Below the pieces are notes generated by a model. The model did no database searches and was not told the origin of the DNA. It saw only the letters and a list, made by a program, of their open reading frames with translations. Positions 1-13,050 of a stretch of DNA of 64,000 nt are shown here, piece by piece (within the stretch, counting starts at the first letter, position 1; each line of letters opens with the position of its first letter). Position numbers and translations under genes: made by a program. This DNA is from the human T2T-CHM13v2.0 reference genome, Homo sapiens. The stretch lies in the NCBI RefSeq assembly GCF_009914755.1, contig NC_060934.1; one strand, given 5' to 3'.

Positions 1-2687
1 TTGTAGAATTACTTCTTTTCCTCTGGGTAGATACCTAGTAGTGGGATTGCTGCATAAAACAGCAGATCTACTCTTAGTTCTTTAAGGAATCTTTGCACTG
101 TTTTCCATATGGCTGTACTAGTTTACATTTCCACCAACAGTGTAAAAGTGTTACCTTTTCACTGCATTCACGCCAACATCTATTATTTTCTGATTTTTTT
201 TATTATGCCCATTCTTGCAGGAGTGAGATGGTATCGCATTGTGGTTTTGATTTGCATTTCCCTGATAATTAGTGAGGTTGAGCATTTTGCCATATGCTTG
301 TTGCCCATTTGTATATCTTCTTTTGAGGATTGTCTATTCATGTCCTTAGCCCGCTTTTGGATGGAATTGTTTATTTTTTTCTTGCTGATTTGTTTGAGTT
401 CTTTGCAGATTCCTCTGTCAGATGAAAAAACTGTGAAGATTTTCTCCCGCTCTATGGGTTGTCCATTAATTCTGCTGATTATTTCTTTTGCCATGCAGAA
501 GCTTTTTAGTTTAATTAAGTCCCATCTATTTATCTTTGTTTCTGTTGTGTTTGCTTTTGGGCTCTTAGTCACGAAGTCTTTGCCTAAGCCAGTGTCTAGA
601 ATGGTTTTCCAGTATTATCTCCTAGAATCTTTATAGTTTCAAGTCTTATATTTAAGTCTTTGATCCATCTTGAGTTGATTTTTTATGGGGTGAAAGAGGA
701 GGATCCAGTTTCATTCTTCTACATGTGGCTAGCCAATTATCCCAGCACCGTTTGTTGAATAGAGTGTCCTTTCCCCACTTTATGTTTTTGTTTGCTTTGT
801 CGAAGAGCAGTTGGCTGTAAGTATTTGGGTTTATTTCTGGGTCCTCTGTTCTGTTTCATTGGTCTATGTGCCTATTTTTATATCAGTACCATGCTGTTTT
901 GGTAACTATGGCTTAGGGCATAGTTTGAAGTTGGGTAATGTGATACTTCCAGATTTGTCCTTTTTGCTTAGTCTTGCTTTGGCTATGTGGGCTCTTTTTT
1001 GGTTCCATATGAATTTTAGGATTATTTTTTCTAGTTCTGTGAAGAATGATGGTAGTATTTTGGTAGGAATTATATTGAATTTTTAGGTTGCTTTTGCAGT
1101 ATGGTCATTTTTGCAACATTGATTCTACCCATTCATGAGCATGGGATGTGTTTCCATTTGTTTGTGTCATCTATGATTTATTTCAGCAGTGTTTTGTAGT
1201 TTTCCTTGCAGAGGTCTTTCATGTCCTTGGTTAGGTATATTCCTAAGTATTTTATTTTATTTTATTTGCAGCTATTGTGAAAGGGGTTGAGTTTTTCTGA
1301 TTCTCAGCTTGGTCACTGTTGGTGTATAGCAGAGCTACTGATTTGGGTACCTTAATTTTGTATCCAGAAACTTTTCTGAATTCATTTACCAATTTTAGGA
1401 GCTTTTTAGATAAGTCTTTAGGGTTTTCTAGGTATACTGTCATACCATCAACAAATAGCAACAGGTTGACTTCCTCGTTACAGATTTGGATGCCCTTTAT
1501 TTCCTTGTCTTGTCTGATTGCTTTGGCTAGGAATTCCAGTACTGTCTTAAATAGAAGTAGTGAAAGTGGGCATTCTTGTCTTGTTCCTGTTCTCAGGGGG
1601 AATGCTTTCCACTTTTCCCCATTCAGTATTATGGGTTTGTCATAGATGGCTTTTATTACCTTAAGGTATATCTCTTTAATCTGATTTTGCTGAGGGTTTT
1701 AATCATAAAAGGATACTGGATTTTGTAAAATGCTTTTTCTGCATCTATTGAGATGATCATGTGATTTTTGTTTTTAATTGTTTATGGAGTATATCACATT
1801 TATTGACTTACATACGTTAAATGATCCCTGAATCCCTGGAATGAAACCTGCTTGATCGTGTGGAATTTTTTTTTTTTTTTTTGATGTGCTGTTGGATTTG
1901 GTCAGCTAGTATTTTCTTGAGGATTTTTACATCTATGTTCATCAGGGATATTGGTCTATAGTTTTCTTTTTTTGTTATGTTCTTTTCTGGTTTTGGTATT
2001 AGGGTGATACTGGGTTCATAGAATGATTTAGGAAGGATTCCCCCTTCTTATATCTTTTGGAATAGTGTCAATATAATTGGTACCAATACTTCTTTGAATA
2101 TCTGATAGAATTCAGCTGTGAATCTGTCTGATCCTGGACTTTTTTTTTGTTGGCAGTTTTTTTTTTATTACCATTTCAATCTTGCTGCTTGTTATTGTCT
2201 ATTCAGAAATTCTGTACCTTCCTGATTTAATCTAGGAGAGTTGTATATTTCCAGGAATTTATTAATCTCCTCTAGGTTTTTCTGTTTATGCATGTAAAGG
2301 TGTTTATAGTAGCCTTGAATAATCTTGTGCATTTCTGTAGTATCAGTTGTAATATCTCCGATTTCATTTCTAATTAATCTTATTTGGATCTTATTTCATT
2401 TCCGATTGATCTTATTTAGCTCTTCTCCTCTTCTTGGTTAATCTCACTACTGGTCTATCAATTCTATTTATCTTTTCAAAGAGGCAGATTTTTGTTTCAT
2501 TTATCTTTTGTATTGTTTTTTGTTGTTGTTGTTTCAATTTCATTTAGTTTTGCTCTGGTCTTCATTATTTCTTTACTTCTGCTGGGTTTGGGATTGGTTT
2601 GTTCTTATTTCTCTAGCTCTAGAGGTGTGACCTTAGATTGTCCATCTGTATTCTTTTAGACTTTTTGATGTAGGCATTTAATGCTAT

Positions 2688-3201
2688 TATTAAAAGAAAT
2701 TAAATTTTGGGACCCCAAACTCATTTGGCCAAAGAGAAAAGTCAAGCTGGGAACTGGTTCACACAAATCTGCCTCCCTTTTAGGTTTCTAAATAAGATGA
2801 CTCCAAGATGAAAAGCAACATGCCTCCCCGATATGTTGCCCACAAGGAAATGCCTGGTGAGCTTTAAAACTTCACCTTGACGATGCAAATTGATAGCTTA
2901 TCTTTACAGGTGCAGTCACTCTAGCCCGCCAGACACAAATGTATATCTGATTGTTCCCCTACCCCATTTTGTCTGGGTTATCTTATGTAAAATGCAGATT
3001 CTCCACATTTTTCCTCTGCTCCTTTTGTTTATATGAAAACTGTATGCTTCTCAATATACCATCTTTTCCCCTTTAAATTTGGAGCCCTCAAAATCATCTT
3101 CGGAGAAAGGCATAGAATTGTCTCCCAGGGGCGTCCTTAATTTTGGCAAATAAATTTCCTAAAATGATTGAGGCTTTTCTTGTCATTTTCCTCGATTGAC
3201 G
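2688..3201 (+). mobile_element. ERV1 solo LTR, MER4A-like, nested in L1 ORF2
   Basis: Begins tattaaaagaaattaaattttgggaccccaaactc, ends ...cctcgattgacg; flanked by ctat TSD (2684-2687 / 3202-3205); L1 sequence resumes in register. Confidence 0.85.
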
Positions 3202-3286
3202 CTATGAACTTTTCTCTTAGCAACGCTTTTCCTGTATCCCAGATGTTTTGATAAATTGTGTCACTATTACCGTTCAGTTCAAAGAA

Positions 3287-3583
3287 TTTTTTTTTTTTTT
3301 TGAGACAGAGTATTGCCCTGTCGCCCAGGCTGGAGTGCAGTGGCACAATTTCAGTTCACCACAACCTCCGCCTCCCAGGTTCAAGTAATTCTCGTGCCTC
3401 AGCCTCCCAAGTAGATGGAACTACAGGCATGCACCACCACGCCAGGCTAATTTTTGTATTTTTAGTAGAGATGAGGTTTCACTATGTTGGCCGGGCTGGT
3501 CTCGAATTCCTGAGCTCAGGTTATCTGCCCAGCTCAGCCTACAAAAGCGCTGGGATTTCATGCATGAGCCACCGCACCCATCC
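3287..3583 (-). mobile_element. AluS (Sp/Sq/Sx-like) nested in L1
   Basis: Poly-T then dimeric Alu body; TSD cagttcaaagaa / cagttcaaataa (3275-3286 / 3584-3595). Confidence 0.95.
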
Positions 3584-4479
3584 CAGTTCAAATAATTTTT
3601 AAATTATCATCTTGATTTCATTGCTGACCCAACAATCATTCAGGAGCAGGTTACTTAACTTCATGTATTTACATGATTTTGAGTGTTCCTTTTGGAGTTG
3701 ATTACCAATTTTATTCCACTGTGGTCTGAGAGAGTACTTGATATAATTTCTATTTTCTTAAATGTACTGAGACCAGTTTTGTGGTTTATTATATGGTCTA
3801 TCTTGGAGAATGTTCCATGTGCTGATGAATAGAATGTATGTTCTATAGTTGTTGGGTAAAATGTTCTGTAAATATCAGTTAAGTCCATTTGTTGTACTGT
3901 ATAGTTTAAGTCCATTGTTTCTTTTTTGACTTTCTGTCATGATGACCTGTCTAGTGCTGTCAGTGGAGTGGTATTAAAGTCCTCCACTATTATTGTGTTG
4001 CCATCTATGTCATTTCTTAGATCTAGTAGTAATTGTTTTATAAATTTGGGAACTTCAGTGTTAGATGCCTATATATTTAGAATTGTGATATTTTTCTGTT
4101 GGACAAGTCTTTTTATCATTATATAATGTCCCTCTTTGTCTTTTTTAAACAGATGTAGCTTTAAAGTTTGTTTTGTCTGACAAGAATAGCTACTCCTGCT
4201 CGCTTTCGGTGTCCATTTGCATGGAATATCTTTTTCCACCCTTTACCTTAAGTTTATGTGAATCCTTATGTGTTAAGTTAGTCTCCTGAAGACAGCAAAA
4301 ATTTGCTTGGTGAATTCTTATCCATCCTGCCATTCTGTATCTTTTAAGTGGAGCATATAGGCCGTTTACATGCAATGTTCGTATTAAGATGTGAGGTACT
4401 ATTCTATTCATCATGCTATTTGTTGCCTGAATACCTTGTTTTTTTTTTTTTCATTGTGCTATGTCTCATAGGTCCTGTA

Positions 4480-5470
4480 AGATTTATGGTTTAAGGATGT
4501 TCTATTTTGGTGTATTTTGAGGATTTGTTTCAAGAATTAGAGCTCCTTTTAGCAGTTGTTGTAGTCCTGGCTTGGTAGTGGTGAATTCTCTCAGCATTTG
4601 TTTGTCTGGAAAAGACCGTATCTTTTCTTCATTTATGAAACTTGGAGTCACTGGTTACAAAATTCTTGGCTGATAATTGTTTTGTTTAAGGAGGCTACAT
4701 GTAAGACTCCAATCCCTTCTAGCTTATAGGGTTTCTGCTAAGAAATCTGCTGTTAATCTGATAGGTTTTCCTTTATAGGTTACCTGATGCTTTTGCCTCA
4801 CATAGCTCTTAAGATTCTTTCCTTCATCTTGATTTCAGATAATCTGATGAGTATGTGCCTAGGTGAGGATCTTTTTGTGATGAATTTCCAGGTATATTTT
4901 GAGCTTCTTATATTTGGATGTCTAGATATTTAGCAAGGCTGGGGAAGCTTTCCTCAATTATTCCCTCAAATATGTTTCCAAAGTTTTGGACTTCTCTTCT
5001 TCCTCTGGAACACCAATTATTCTTAGGTTTGGACATTTAACATAGTCCCAAACTTCTTGAAGCCTTTGCTCATTTAAAAAATTTTTTTTTCTTTGTCTTT
5101 GATGGATTAAGTTAATTTGAAAGCCTTGTCTTAAAGCCCTGAACTTCTTTCTTCTGCTTGTTCAATTCTATTGCCGAGACTTGCTAGTGCATTTTGCATT
5201 TCTCTAAGTGTGTCCTTGATTTCCAGAAGTTGTGATTGTTTTTTATTTATGCTCCCTATTTCACTGAAGAATTTTTCTTTCATATCCTTTATCATGTTTT
5301 GGATTTCTTTAAGTTGGACTTTACCTTTTTCTGGTTTCTCCTTGACTAGGTTAATAATTGACCTTCTGAGTTCTTTTTCTGGCAATTGAGAGATTTCATC
5401 TTGATTTGGACCCATTGCTGGTGAGCTGGTATAATCTTTTGGGATGTTAAAGAACCTTGTTTTGTCATAT
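4480..5470 (-). pseudogene. Disrupted L1 ORF1
   Basis: Coiled-coil ORF1-like fragment at 5131-5415 (ELRRSIINLVKE...LLEIKDTLREMQNALASLGNRIEQAEER), lying between the 5' UTR and ORF2; boundaries approximate. Confidence 0.85.
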
Positions 5471-7132
5471 TACCAGAATTGTCTTTTTGGCTCCTTCTTA
5501 TTTGCTTAGACTATGTCAGAGGGAAGATCTGGGTTCAAGGGCAGCTGTTCAGATTCTTTTGTCCCATAGGGTGCTCCCTTGATGTGGTGTTCTCCCCCTT
5601 CCTCTAGGAATGTGGCTTCCTGAGAGCAAAACTTTAGTAATTGTTTTTGCTCTTCTGGGTCTCGCCACCCAGCAGAGCTACCAGTGGAGGTACCAGCTCC
5701 AGGCTGGTACTGGGGAGTGTCTGCAAAGAGTCCTGTTATGTGATCCGTCTTCAGGTCTTACAGCCATGGATACCTGCACCTGCTCTGGTGGAGACAGCAG
5801 AAGTAAAGTGGACTCTTTAAAGGTCCTTGGTTGTGTTTTTGTATAGTGCACTGGTTTCATGTTGGTTGGTCTCCAGCCAGGAGCTGGCACTTTCAAGAGT
5901 GTATCAACTGCAATCCTATAGGGAGGATTCTGACATGCACTAGGATTCTCAGGTGGTGGGCAGGGCCATAGAGTCCCCAAGAGATTATGACCTTTGTCTT
6001 CAGCTACCAGGGCAGGTAGCAAAAGACCACCAGGTGTCGGAAGGGATAGGCGTGTTTGAGCTCTGCTTCTCATTGGGTGGGGCTTGCTGCTGCTGCTGTG
6101 GAGGATGGGGTGTTGTTCCTAGTCCAATGGAGCTATGTTCCCAGGGGATTATGGCTGCCTCTGCTGAGTCATACAGGTCACCAGGGAAGTGGGGGAAAGC
6201 CAGCAGTCACTGGCCTCACTAGATTCCTATGCAACCAACATTCCTAAAGGCCGGTCTCACTCCCACCATGACCTGTCAACAGCATCAAGTCTATTTCCAG
6301 GCAGCCTGTGACCAGGGCTGAGAACTTGCTCTGGACCATGAGCCTCCCTATTGAGAAAGCAAGCCAACTCAGTTTTTTGGCCACTTGGGGAGCCTGCAGT
6401 GGTGATCCATTTCATTCAAAGGGTCTGTAGATTCTCTCAGCTTTCCTGGTATGTTCCTGTGGTAGTTCTTGTAGCCAAAGTTTACAATGTAAGACTCCAC
6501 ACACTGCTCTGTCCTTCCAAGTGGGAGCTGCAAGCCAGTCCTGCCTCCTATTCTCCATCTTTATCTGGAGTCCTACTTCATGCATTTTTCATCAGATACA
6601 AATGTTACTCATGGGATAACTAGATTGATGGTATTCCCATAGATTATGGTGAAATTACTTAAGAATTGTTGGCTAATACTGAATATTGCCAAATGGCTGT
6701 GGGAAATCTAAAGAGGACAAAATAAAATATATGCATATCTATGAATGTTCTCTGTCAAAAGATAAAATGAACAAACAAAATAAAATAAATAAGAATAATT
6801 AGCAACTTTGAAATTTTTACTTTGCAGAAGGGAGGAATAGCCTGGCTATCACGTGAGGAGATTCATGAATATAATGACAATATTAAAATGAGGAATTCTT
6901 AACATTTTATATCTTCCTTGAATAAGAACACAAAGAAAAGCTATCTATGTAATTAAAATGTAATCAAACCCTCCCAACTATTATATAAAATAGGTTAAAG
7001 AATACTTGGAATATTTAAGCATATGCAAATTTAAAAAGCGGGATACTCATAGGAAGAAAATCAATAAATTGAGGTAGTCATTTGTAATTGTTTTTGAAAA
7101 ATTGTGCAGGATTGAAGAAATAGTATAAACTT

Positions 7133-7500
7133 AATTAATTTATTTATTTATTTATTTTAGCCATTTTAGGTGGTAGGAAGTGATAGCCCATTGTGATTTT
7201 GACTTTTTATTTTTAAATTTTTTTGAGACAGAGTCTTGCTCTGTCACCCAGGCTGGAGTGCAGTGGTATGATCTTGGCTTACTGCAACCTCCACCTCCCA
7301 GGTGATTCTCCTGCTTCAGCCTCCTGAGTAGCTGGGATTACAAGTATGTGCCATCACGCCCTGCTAATTTTTGTATTTTTAGTAGAGATGGGGTTTTGCC
7401 ATGTTGGCCAGGCTGGTCTTGAACTCCAGACCTCAAGTAATCCACTTGCCTCAGCCTCCCAGAGTGCTGGGATTACAGGCCTGAGCCACCACGCCTGGTC
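7133..7500 (-). mobile_element. AluS (Sz/Sx-like) plus an extra 3' segment inside the TSD
   Basis: Alu body 7225-7500; perfect 17-bp TSD agaaatagtataaactt at 7116-7132 and 7501-7517 encloses two A-tails and a 44-bp L1M-like piece. Confidence 0.93.
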
Positions 7501-7683
7501 AGAAATAGTATAAACTTTAAATAAAGGGTATCACTGATCCCATAAAGGTACAAACTGCAATAAAATTATCCTATTTTTTCTGGTAGCAAATGGTCATTAA
7601 ACACAATTTATGAAACTTACGAAAAAATATTTACAAATACAGTAAAAACTTTTTAAATATTGTATAGGATTATTTAAAGTATA

Positions 7684-8090
7684 CAGTCATGTGTCACTGA
7701 TGGGGATGCACTCTGAGAAATGCATATTTCTGAGAAATGCATCATTAACCACTTTTGGCTTTTTTAAACTTTAAAACATCAATTAAAAATGTATTAGGCA
7801 ATTTTGTTTTGTAAATATCATAGAATGTACTTACACAACTCTAGATGATATAACCTACTACACTCCTAGGCTATATGATATAGCCTATTGCTCCTAGGTT
7901 ACAAACCTATACAGCATGTTACTGTACTGAATGCTGTAGGCAATTTTAACACAATGGTAAGTATTTATGTATCTAAACATATGTAAACATGGAAAAGGTA
8001 CAGTGAAAATATGGGATGATAACTTAATGGCACCACCACTGAATATGCAGTGTGTTGACTAAAATGTCATTATACATGTATACATGACAG
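7684..8090. mobile_element. Tigger3a/MER7A-like non-autonomous TcMar DNA transposon
   Basis: TIR-like ends cagtcatg...catgacag with TA on both sides; characteristic internal ctaggctatatgatatagcctattgctcctagg. Confidence 0.88.
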
Positions 8091-8525
8091 TATATCCATT
8101 TTGTGAGTTAATCATGTCACATTTGATTTTTAACTTTAGTCATATCCAATTAAGAAGACAACATTTGGCATATGATTCAGCTGATAAATTGATTGAATAC
8201 AATTATAATGATATCAATATGATGTCTATAAATTAATGTCTATTTGGATCACCTGTATAATTTTCTCATTCATTAAGTGTTAACTAAATGATTTAAGATG
8301 TCTAAATTTCTTATGTTTATATAATAATTATTTTTATCACCAAAATATTACTAATGGAAAATAAAAACAAATATCTTGTTCAATTTTACGTATATGGCAC
8401 TTTTACCTGAGACAATAACTAATAGTATGTTAAATTTGACCAGTGTCTGTTTAAGCAGAGTAAAATTCACTTATCCAAAGATCTTAACAAATACTGACCA
8501 TGAGAATAAAATCTTTTAATTTCTT

Positions 8526-8831
8526 TTTCTTTTCTTTTTTTTTTTTTTTTGAGATGGAGTCTCACTCTGTTGCCCAGGCTGGAGTGCAGTGGCACAATCT
8601 CTGCTTACTGCAAATTCTGCCTCTCAGGTTCAAGCAATTCCTGCCTCAGCCTCCCAAGTAGCAGGGATTACAGGTGCCCACCACCATGCCTGGCTAATTT
8701 CTGTATTTTTTAGTGGAGTCGGGGTTTTGCCACGTTGGCCAGGCTGGTCTTGAACTCGTGACCCCAAGTGATCCACCCACTTCAGCCTCCCAAAGGGTTG
8801 GGATTACAGCTGTGAGCCACCGCACCCGGCC
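8526..8831 (-). mobile_element. AluS (Sz/Sx-like)
   Basis: Poly-T tail, full dimer, TSD taatttctt (8517-8525 / 8832-8840). Confidence 0.95.
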
Positions 8832-9984
8832 TAATTTCTTAAACCCACTTTTTCAGCATTTGGAATCTTTCTTGGGTTTTAGGTGGATGCCTTCAAAAAA
8901 ACATTCATATCGGTTTTTGATACTAGGTAATATATTTCCTCTCTCCTTTCTTCCTCCCTTCCTGCTATCCTTTCTGTTTCTTTCCTTTTTTTTTCTGTTT
9001 GTAATATTTATGCACTTTTATATCTTCTAACTAGATTAAAGCAAAATAGTCACTGAACTCTTTAGATGGTGGCAAAGAACATATTCTGTGAGACTGAAAC
9101 CCTCTTATCCTTAATTTTTGTAAAAATTTTTATTTATTTTAAAGTAAATAAATGGATTCTACTTTGTACTTTGTGTATTTCTAGAAGGCGTCATTCATTT
9201 TCCATTAATGTATTTTCTTTCTTGATTAAAAAAAATGACTTGGACTTCTGCTCCAACATGATTTCTAAAGGAGATTTAAGAAAATATAATACATGATTTT
9301 ATAGAAAACTATAAAATACGTTCATAGTTTATTGCTGTAAGAAAAGAAATACATCACAAACTGAATATTTTTACTATGATATGTGCATACATAAATATAT
9401 AAACTATATGCATACTATTTATAGAAAATATACAGTATGTATGGTATATAGAGCATATATAATATATACATGGTTATAAGACAATTCAAACATAATATCT
9501 GACAAAAGCATGAATAAAAATTTTTTTTAAAAATCCATTTACAAGTACAAAAAATATACAAGGAAAAAGAAAAAGACATTGAAGATTTAAGATCAAAAGT
9601 TTTACCTTGATTGTCTCTATATAGTGATCATCTTCTTTTACTTTCAATTTATTACTTTTTCAAATTTTTTAAGGTTTCTAAACAGTGAATTATTCATATT
9701 TTTAAAAAGATTAAAGTAAAAGAAATATTTATGAATTTTGTAAGAAAAATCCAACCTTTTCAAAGAAAGAGTATATAATATTTATAATTTAATACCTCAG
9801 ATCTCAATTAAATAAAAGACCTGTATCATCCTTCTTCCTGACTCTAAATACTTATTAACATTTCAAAAGTTTGCCTTAACTTTTGAGAAGTTGGATCAAA
9901 CTATCATTAATATAGAACTTTTCTTGAAACCAATCAAAAGTACTTCTATTGTTTCTTATAATATTGTCATAACTAAAATTTTTC

Positions 9985-10790
9985 CAATTTTAATAGCATG
10001 TAATGTACATACAATAAAATTAATTTTTTTTAGTATGTGGTACTTGGTAGTCAGTCCCTTTCCTCATTCTGTCCCTGTTAATCACTGACCTATTTTATTT
10101 TCCTATAGTTTTGGCTTTTATAGAATGTCATGTAAATGTAATTATAAAGTATGCAGCATTTTGAGTCTGCTTTCTTTTATTAAACATAATTTTTTGAGGT
10201 CAATCTATGTTATTGTCTATATCAGTACTTCATTACTTTTTATTTAAGTTTAGTGTTTCAGTGTATGGTTTCCAGTTTATTTATTCATTCCCAAAATGAG
10301 GAACATCTGGGTTGTTTTCAGTCTTTTGTGATTATGAGGAAGGCCACTATAAATATCTGTGTGCAGGTTTGTGTGCGAACTATGCTTTCATTTCACTGGA
10401 GTAAATATCCAAGACTGAGAGTGATGTGGCTTTGGGTAGGTAAATTCCGAACTGTTTTCTAAAGTTGCCATGCAATTTTTAAAAAATTTTCACCAACACT
10501 TCATGAGAGTTGCAATTGCTCTGCATTCTCACCAGCTCTCAGTATTATGTTTTCTCATTTTATTATCTTTTAATATAAATTTTTCAGAGACGATGTCTCA
10601 CTATGTTGCCTAGGCTGGTCTTAAACTCTTGGGCTCAAGTGATCTTCCTACCTCAGTCTCCGAAGGTGCTAGGATTACAGACACGCAACACCACACAGCC
10701 TCATTCTTAGCATAAACAATTCTAATAGTGATATTTTACTGATTTTTAAGTTGTATTTTCCCAATGACTAATGATATTGATCACGTATTT
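9985..10790 (-). mobile_element. Ancient L1M (L1ME/L1MC-like) 3' fragment, interrupted by an Alu monomer
   Basis: Typical antisense L1M 3' motifs (tagaatgtcatgtaaatg, gaggaacatctgggttgttttcagt, aatgactaatgatattga). Confidence 0.7.
10565..10700 (-). mobile_element. Alu left monomer (FLAM/AluJ fragment)
   Basis: agagacgatgtctcactatgttgcctaggctggtc...gggctcaagtgatc...ggattacag. Confidence 0.85.
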
Positions 10791-11004
10791 GAAATTTAAA
10801 ACCTGAATAAAAATATTTTGAGCATGTCATTGATTTTCATTTTAGATATTTATTCATTTTCTGCACTTTTTCTTCTATTTCTGCTCATTCAGGAAGGCAA
10901 ATGTTGTGCTTTATTTCCTCAGAGAAAGTGTTTGATTGGACTGTAAGCAGAAGGCACTTTAGAAACTTACCGGCTTGTTTTCCCCAAACCAAAGCCTTTT
11001 GAGA

Positions 11005-11364
11005 CGATATGGTTTGTCTGTGTCCCCCCGCAAATCTCATCTTGAATCGTAGTTCCCATAATCCTCATGTGTTGTGGGAGGGACCAGGTGGAGATAATTG
11101 AATCACGGGGCGGTTTCCCCCATACTGTTCTTGTGATAGTGAGTGAGTTCTCACAAGATCTGATGGTTTTATAAGGGCCCTCCCCCTTCACTCGTTTCTC
11201 ATTCTGTCTCCTGCTGCCCTGTGAAGAGATGCCTTCTGCCATGATTGTAAGTTTCCTGATGCCTCCCCAGCCATATGGAGCTGTGAGTCAATCAAACCTC
11301 TTTTCTTTATAAATTACCCAGTCTTGGGTATTTCTTCATAGCAGCATGAGAATGGACTAAAACA
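11005..11364 (+). mobile_element. THE1C-like MaLR solo LTR
   Basis: (t)gatatggtttgtctgtgtcccc...aaatctcatcttgaat to ...ggtatttcttcatagcagcatgagaatggactaaaaca, ~360 bp. Confidence 0.92.
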
Positions 11365-12879
11365 GACGTATGGAGTTTGACAAAGAAAAGTATTTCTTCT
11401 ACATGGGTGGATTCCCCCAGAATAGGTAGAAGAAAGTTTTCTGGTTTCCTGAATAATGAAAACTTGATTACTTTTCCTGAAAACATCCAAAGATGCTTGA
11501 CTGAGAGAGAGCTGCTTCCATCATGTATTTAGAAAGGTGGGTCTAAAAGTGCTAGGGTTCTTAACCTTGTAAAAGATTCCAGTTTCCCTGGTGTGGCAAG
11601 GCAGCTTTGGAGCTGCTAGACCTGAAGGCACAATTTTAATGTGAAGCAGTATTTCTTAGCTGTGACCCGATGACATGTGTGTGCATAGATTAATAAGAAA
11701 AAGCAGGTCCCTTCTCAAATACTTGATACTCTTTGAGATTCCAGAACCTTGACAAGACCCAGTGAGTCTAAGGAGTGACTGTGCTTCACGTAAGAATCTG
11801 GTTGATTTTCCATTAATATGGAGGTAAAAAGCTAAGCTTGTTTATAAAAAATAAAGCAATCTCATATTTTCCTCTCATGAGTTTCTCTATTGCAATTCAT
11901 AAAGCCAAAAAGTGTGCCAGTAACTACATTATTTTTATTTTAGCCAGTGGTCTCATTTTTTCTTCCTCAAAGAGAAATTTGATGAGGATAATCACATTTT
12001 GTCTTCTTTGGAAAAATGGCAAATGCAGCTGCAACAACATGACCCAGTCAAGCACGGATTTTTTAGAAATTGTACTTAGCATTGGTTTATTTAGCATAGT
12101 CTTAAGTAAATCTCTGTGTGTCAGATTTGAAATTGTCAGAAATGTTCACAAGAGAAAGTGAAGGCCAGAGTTTTAAAGTGGTAACTTCTGTTGTTTATTA
12201 TACATTTCAAAACCAGTTGTTAATTATCAAATATGAATGTTTTAGATAAGTATTGTTTATTGAAGAATGCACTTTTTGAAAATCATATAACTGTTATGAC
12301 AGTGTAAATGTTTATTTCACTCTGATGAAATCAGAAATCATGCTTTCTTTTTTAAATAAAGATGTCTAAAATATTCTATTTATGCCAAGCAATTATCTTT
12401 AGTTAAGTATTTAATCCATATTTGAATAATAAAATTTTTATTGAAATATACACAAAATTTTGAAGAACACTTTGCATCCTAACCTTTCATATTACCTTAC
12501 TGTTTAATAAACTATTATTTTTAAATGAAAACTTTAGAAAATAAAGAATAATATATTTGATAAGTATAGAAAATATTCCTATATATAAATTGGATTTTAC
12601 TAATAATTTATTACTCACCCATTCTAATTTTTACATCAATGTAACCTTTGATGTGATGATAGATATGTGTACAATATTTTCACACATGATATTGTTTTTC
12701 TTTCTTGTACATTAACATACATAATTAAAGTTTTTACTATAAATGGCAAGTTGAGTGGTCAAAGTTGATCTCTATTTGACATAAATTTTACTTAGGCACA
12801 ATAAACACTAAAATGAAAGACAGTATATGAATTTGAATAGTTTTTCATTTCAGTAGTAAATACTTTATTGGAGCTTTCA

Positions 12880-13050
12880 ACTGCTAGTTTATAGGCAGTT
12901 ATCAGACCTGCCACGTAAGAACAATGTGAAGAACTTGTTAAAATAAAAGATGTTTGCTCCCTATATGTAGTGGTTGTGATTCAGTAGGTCTGGTGTTAAA
13001 TCTAGGAATCCATATTTTAATAACTCTTCAGAGTTTTCAAACTCTTCAAA
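12880..13050. mobile_element. MER5-like hAT-Charlie relic
   Basis: cttgttaaaat...gattcagtaggtctgg...ggaatccatattttaataa; highly diverged. Confidence 0.5.

Larger units (their letters stand above)
1..4414 (-). pseudogene. Disrupted L1 ORF2 (endonuclease/reverse transcriptase)
   Basis: Starts MMNRIVPHILIRTLHVNGLYAPLKRYR...CCLQET (APE endonuclease) and has HGTFSKIDH, SDHSGIKL and [10 protein letters not shown] motifs; many stops and frameshifts, two insertions. Confidence 0.93.
1..6573 (-). mobile_element. Near-full-length, decayed LINE-1 (L1PB/L1PBa-like 5' UTR); 3' end runs off the window
   Basis: Minus-strand ORF2 remnants (183-572 ...[18 protein letters not shown]; 1252-1461 [15 protein letters not shown], a decayed RT LFADD motif; 3661-3915 and 4190-4414 endonuclease), an ORF1 remnant at 5131-5415, and a GC-richer 5' UTR at ~5470-6570. 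Interrupted by an LTR and an Alu. Confidence 0.95.

Noticed and set aside
109-636. 175-aa hydrophobic plus-strand ORF
   Set aside because: Antisense frame of L1 ORF2; the T-rich strand is stop-poor and this is a known artefact.
5610-6623. Cluster of overlapping ORFs
   Set aside because: All inside the GC-richer L1 5' UTR; no recognisable protein.
10965-10975. Strong minus-strand donor (CCG|GTAAGT) next to THE1C
   Set aside because: Single motif, antisense to the LTR promoter, with no supporting exon.
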